From: Amoebidium appalachense
Taxonomy: Eukaryota > Protista > Ichthyosporea
Direction: 5' to 3'
Assembly (NCBI GenBank): GCA_963693365.1
Contig: CAVNZM010000003.1
Coordinates: 10,902,888 to 10,966,887 of the forward strand
Length of the DNA stretch: 64,000 nt
Part shown: positions 21,321 through 64,000 of the stretch, piece by piece
Layout: each line of letters begins with the position of its first letter
How positions within the stretch are numbered: position 1 is the stretch's first letter
Notes under the pieces: generated by a model
Told to the model about the DNA's origin: nothing
Seen by the model: the letters and a program-made list of their open reading frames with translations, nothing else
The model's database searches: none
Position numbers and translations under genes: made by a program

Positions 21321-22758
21321 AGCATGCACACACGTACCCATACACGCACACATTCTCACACACATGCTTAAACTGCCCACCCTGTTGTCTTCCTCCACAT
21401 CCCCCCCTCCCCCCCCCCCCCCCCCCCCAAAAAAAAAAAAAACACATACACACACACAAGCACACGCGTACACACACATGTACACAGCCACACAGAGGGG
21501 GGGAGAGAGACGTGCCTGGTCGGGGCCAAGTACATGTTCCTGTTCGTCGAAATCGGGATGGAGCTGTGCCCACCGTGCCTCGAATTCTTCTTGGTTGGCT
21601 GTGTCCTCGGCTGTGATATCCTGTGTTTTCCAAGCGGACGTAGGTCAGTATTTATGTAACAATATCTGTATGGGTAGAATAGAGGTTGTGTTTCGAATGT
21701 GGAGTTTTGGATGGATGTTTTCGTGTGTGTATGTGTGTGGGTGCCCTTGCATGTGTGTGTGCCTGACACTGTGCGTGTGTACGTGTGTATGTGCTTGTGT
21801 GCCTGTGTGTGTGTGTGTTTGTGTTTCGTAATGGATGTCCCTTTGTTTGTTTGGGTGTTTGGGTGTTGCTTCGATGGTAATAGGGACATGTGTAATGTGC
21901 TGTGTGGTGTGTGATTGCATGTGTGTGTCGTTTGAAGTTTGTGTGTGTGTGTGGGTATGTGTGTATGTGTGTGTGCATAACCTCCTGAGTTGCAGTGTGC
22001 TGGTTGTAAAAGTTAATAATGTACGATAAAATGCATGTCACACGCTTGTGTTTCAAAAGGTTGTTTATGTATGTATGCATGTTGATAAGGATGCCATAGT
22101 GCTTGTGTGTTGTTCGGTTGGGGGGGGGGGGGGGGGGGGGGGGGGAGGGAGGGGGGGGGAGGGGGGGGGATGGGGGGGGGGGGGGGAGTGGGGTTTCACG
22201 TGCACCATTGCATGCCACGTGTGCTTCGATGGTGAAGGCATGGGTAAGGCAGTGTGGGTCAATATGACATTGTGATGGATGTGCCTGTGTGGGTGGGTGG
22301 ACGGCATTGTGTGGGTTGGTATCTCTCTGTGTGTGCCTGGGTGTGTTTGTATCTGGGTAATGAGGTTAAACAGGTGACACTGAGTGAGATAAAGCAAGTT
22401 TCGTGAATAGGTGGATTTACGAGTGAGTGTGTGGACCCGCGGGAATTTGGTTGTTTGGGTAGATTGGTGGATGGGTGGGTGGGTTTGCGGGTGGGTGTGT
22501 CTGAATGCCCAGCCATGTTTTCCTGTGCTTGTGTGTTCGTGGGCTTCCTTGGTTGCATTGTACCATATATGCAGGAGTGCTTGTGGGGGGGGAGGGGGGA
22601 GGGGGGGGGGAGGGGGGGGGGAGAGCAAATTATATACGTATGTGGGTGTGGGTTTGGGTGTGGGTGTGAGTGTAGGGGTGTGGCTGCGGGTGGGTGGGGT
22701 GGTGGGTGGGTGGGTGTGGGTGTGTGTGTTTGTGTTCTATTGATTTTGTGTTCGAGAA

Positions 22759-22798
<40 letters not shown>

Positions 22799-23448
22799 TA
22801 AGGTAATGTGAAGCAATATGATGTTGCATGCGCCTGTGTGGGTTGGGGGGGGGGGGGGGGGGGGGGGGGGTCGGTGTCTCTCTCTCTCTGACAGTTTATG
22901 GGTGTGTTTGTGTGTGGGAATGAGGTTTAGCAGGTGAGCGGGTGGGTGGGTGGGTGGCTGTGCCCAGCAGTGTATGCTTGTGCATGTGTTAGCGTGCATG
23001 TTTATAATACGTGTTCGTGTATGTGTGTATGTGTGTGTAGAACGGTGTGCATGTGTGCATGTGTGCATGTGTGTGTAATTCCGTGTACGTAGTTGCGTGT
23101 GTGCGTATGTACGTGCGTGTAGGTGTATGCATTGAGATGTGGTTTGGGGGGGGGGGGGGGGGGGGGGGGGGGTATATATGAAATACACACCCTGACGTAC
23201 TCCATCCAGATCTCTTCCTTGGTGTAAGCGGGCGGCAAGCGTATCGTAGACGTGTCGGGCATCAACTGACCGATGAGGTCGATGAATTCGGAAAACCAGG
23301 CAATAAATCTCTCCCCCGCCAAAGAGATGTTGCCTTCACCGGTGTTGCCATGTACGTAAAACCGAGCTCCTTGTAGGAATTCATTCTTTCTGGCCATGAA
23401 CGTGTTTCGGCACATTCCCATGATGTTGATGAATGCTTCTTGGCAGAT
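17209..23448 (-). CDS. Spliced DUF7869/Sola-like DDD transposase-family gene (at least 4 exons; 5' end not found)
   Basis: Exons 23448-23191, 21620-21516, 20703-20462 and 18946-17209 join in frame with AG acceptors and GT/GC donors. Motifs: CQEAF, HGNTG, GQLMP..LP, F..W..F, FVKCEYC, SVIVDSMDQAK, LYVQMDNASEN, FLLPGHTHEDIDGRF. The family name is from recalled motifs. Confidence 0.8.
18996..19123. repeat. Array of five 19-bp quasi-palindromes (ATCCTAGTTACAACTAGGA) at a 25-26 bp period
   Basis: Units start at 18996, 19021, 19046, 19071 and 19097. Spacers gacccg, ctctgg, caatat, tgacgtc. Confidence 0.9.
19397..20420. repeat. Intronic tandem duplication, about 470-550 bp x2, with microsatellites
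   Basis: caagtgcttgcgcacac...ccctcctccacga.aacatg...ctgtgtggttgtggttg...tgaatgtgcgtgcgtgggtgttta...gtaatgatggtggtgg occurs twice (from about 19397 and about 19865). Confidence 0.8.
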
Positions 23449-23668
23449 CTGGGATGAGAATGAATGGGATGGGGAGGGGGGAGGGGGCGGTGGGGGGGGG
23501 GGGGGGGGGGGGGGGGGGAGGTCATTTGGTGTATTGTTTTTCTTAACCTTGTTCCCCTCCCCCCCCCTCCCCTTCTTCCTCACCGACCTCGCTGCTCCTT
23601 CACACATGTTATCATTCCATGCTCTCCCCACCCGGGCCCGCTCCTCCCCCGGCCTTCCTGCCCCCATC

Positions 23669-23720
<52 letters not shown>

Positions 23721-23744
23721 CCTCCCTCCCCCCCCCCCCCCCCC

Positions 23745-24070
23745 CCCCTCTGTCTGCATCTCCCTCTCTATGCCTGGCAGACCTCGCCCCCCCCCCCCCC
23801 CCCCCCTCCCCTCCCGTTCTTTCCTCCCCCTCTCCCCCCCCCCCCCCCCCCCCCCCCAATCCCCCCATCCCCCCCCCCCCCTCCGGTATTCACCTCCTCC
23901 CTCCCCCCTCCCCCTCTGTCTGCATCTCCCTCTCTATGCCTGGCAGACCTCGCCTCCCCCCCCCCCCCCCCCCCTCCCCTCTCGTTCTTTCCTCCCCCTT
24001 TCCCCCCCCCCCCCCCCCCCCCCCCCCCCACCATCCCCCATCCCCCCCCCCCCCCCCTCCGGTATTCATC
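23745..24070. repeat. Tandem duplication, about 165 bp x2, C-rich
   Basis: ctctgtctgcatctccctctctatgcctggcagacctcgcc...cgttctttcctcccc...ccggtattca occurs twice. Confidence 0.8.
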
Positions 24071-24929
24071 ATTACTTTATTAGACCAATAGACACCACTC
24101 TTCCCCCTGTCTCTCCTGGCTCTTGCCAACGAATAGCCCTTCCCCCCCCCCCCCCCCCCCCCCCCCCCACCCAACACACACACACACACACTCTCTCTCT
24201 CTCTCTCTCCCCCCCCCCCCCCCCCTCTCTCTCTCTCCCCCTCTCTCTCCCTCTCTCTCTCTCTCTCAGATTTGCACGCGCGTGGCAACCGTCATGTGTT
24301 GGCATGAGCATCAACGAAGCCATCACGTGGTCCAGGCCCGGTCCCCCTTTTTGACCCTCTTGTGTATCTAGAGCTCTCTCCTTCTCTCCCTATAAACACG
24401 CTTAAAATTTCTGTCCACATGCACATCTCAGTTTTTAAGTTTTATCCAAAATTTAAACATTTATAAGTCACTGGCGGTTGGTGTTCTAACGTAGCTAATG
24501 GGACTGTGTCCTATGCACTCTTCCGGCAGCAGGTGGATGACGTTAACCAAACGTGTTAAAATAAAAATAAAAAAAATAAATAAGAAACTGGCGGTTGGGG
24601 TGGTGTGTGTGGCCGGACCAGCACAAAAGCACAACTGTTTGCCGAACTCTGTGCGTAGTATGTGCCGAACTCTGGATGCAACCACATTAGTTGCTGCCGT
24701 GTTATATGCCTGTGTGATGCTGATTGTGTGGGTGCGTGGGTGCGTGGGTGGGTGCGTGGGTGCGTGGGTGTAACACAAACAACCCCAAAACACAACCCCA
24801 CTTGGGTTTTGCAAAAACTCATCAGCGCATCCGGTCTCGAGGATGTGGATGTGGGAGGGAGAGAGAAAGGATTAGTCGGGAAGGGAAGATGGAGGAGGGG
24901 AAATGGGAAAGTGGGGAGAAGGTGTGTGT

Positions 24930-24960
<31 letters not shown>

Positions 24961-25461
24961 GGGGGGGGGGGGAGGAGGATTATGTTGATATGTGATACGA
25001 GTTCGGCTTCCGAATCAAGTTTCTATTCAATCGTGGTTCCATGCCACAGTTTCATACATCATAAAAGATCTAACTGTCGCGCATGCACACACCGTGTGAC
25101 ACGCATGCGCGCGCACACACGTGCACTGTTTCATGCACAGACACACGCACACACGCACACACACACACATGCACATGTTCACACACACACACACACACAC
25201 AGTGTCACACACACACACACACACAGTGTCACACACACGCGCGCGCACACACACACACGCACACGCACAAACCAAAAAAAAAGAAGGAAAAAAAAAAGAA
25301 AGAAAGAAAGAAAGAAAGGGGGAAAAAAAAAGGAAAAAAAAAACTTTAAGAAAACAGCCTTCGGTATCTGCGGTTCCTGGGCCTATTATTATAGCTAAAG
25401 TCTAGGGACCTACACGACTGACTATAGCGCTCACTGCGCTCAAAAGCTTTGGTCTTGGTCA

Positions 25462-25583
25462 CTAGACCGGCCTCGCTAACGCGCGCGGCGAGGAGACTGT
25501 TTGAGAGAAGCGAAAAACACGACTTTTATAGTCGCTTCTACAGGAAGAGATGTGTGATGCCGATCATCACACCATCTTCTTCC
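25462..25583 (-). mobile_element. Possible Helitron-like 3' terminus (hairpin + CTAG|T) with two further hairpins
   Basis: Minus strand reads cctcgccgcgcgcgttagcgagg-ccggt-CTAG|T. Further inverted repeats at 25506-25539 and 25543-25583. Confidence 0.35.
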
Positions 25584-26035
25584 GATTGGCGGATAAAATG
25601 AGTATCTATTTCTGCAAGTTATGCCTGTTGACTTCTATTTATTTTTATTAATATTCTCATTAGAGCCATGGGGCACTGTCCTTGATAGAAGCTACATCAC
25701 TGTGTGACTGGGACAAACAACCTGTACTTCTCATACCCCAAACCAGCAAGTGCCACACAAGCACACCAACTTGGAGTAGGACAAAGAAAAAGAGATTCGA
25801 AAAAAAACCCAGTGATGATAAATCACGATAAGTATCAGAAAACTAAATATAGCACGAGCTACATATAATTTCCGAAAGTCATCCAAGCACACGGAGTCCA
25901 ACCGAGCTCTAAAAAAAAAAAAACGAGCACCACAAACTTGGCTACCGAAAAAAAAAAAAAAAAAAAAAAAGAAAAAAGATAGCCACCGCTAAAAAGGAGG
26001 CACCATTTCATCTCTCAAATATGCAGATATCCTAG

Positions 26036-26066
<31 letters not shown>

Positions 26067-26367
26067 CATCTTAACCTGGTGTGTATACGGAGCTCATCTT
26101 TCGTTCATGTGACTGGTATTCTGAGGTACAAAAACTTCAGCCTTCTAATTTCCTTTCCGCTTTGAGTCATCCTAACCGATAAACACACGGACTCAAACCC
26201 GGGGGTTTCAAAACAACACTCCAAACAGTACATAAAGCTAACCAGGATTCGAACGGTATGAAAAAGAGATATCCCAATCCCATCCCCTGTAAAACCGCAA
26301 AACAATTGAAAGACATAACTCATGCTTCGAGTGATGGCTTTCGCATTGTCCCTTTGGTTCGACCAGC

Positions 26368-63884
<37,517 letters not shown>

Positions 63885-64000
63885 CTGGGGGGGGGGGGGG
63901 GGAAAGAGAGAGGGGCGGGGGGGGGGGATGTATGCGTTAGAGAGTTGGAAATGTGGAGGAGACACCAGAGGACAACAACAAAACATCGCAAAAGTGAGAT

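Noticed and set aside
25350-25390. Faint resemblance to the reverse complement of a 5S rRNA 3' end next to an A-rich tail
   Set aside because: The similarity fades within about 30 nt and no internal box A/C could be traced.
16970-25600. Terminal inverted repeats or TSD for the DUF7869-type element
   Set aside because: No matching inverted ends were found by eye on either side, so element boundaries are not claimed.

Overview
This is a eukaryotic window with three zones. The host may be a unicellular opisthokont/holozoan-type protist; that is inferred from the TOR sequence and is low confidence. (1) 1-4800: a compact cluster of intronless orphan ORFs, one with a T7-gp2.5/OB-fold SSB-like C-terminus. 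It has shared CCAAT-type promoter repeats and ends at a 72-bp imperfect hairpin, so it may be the terminus of a virus-like or rolling-circle element. (2) 4800-25600: nested mobile DNA. A gag-less Ty3/gypsy pol (+) is interrupted by a Ty1/copia element (-) with two LTRs, a CTACC TSD, a half-tRNA-type PBS and a truncated RNase H. It is followed by an intron-containing DUF7869/Sola-like transposase gene (-) and a Helitron-like end. (3) 26368-64000: the 3' part of a TOR kinase gene (-). I traced 52 exons by hand; the introns are built from (CA)n and poly-C tracts and contain repeated 'echo' copies of splice junctions. Most ORF-track entries beyond 19 kb are microsatellite artefacts. All coordinates, alignments and family calls were made by eye, with no database search.
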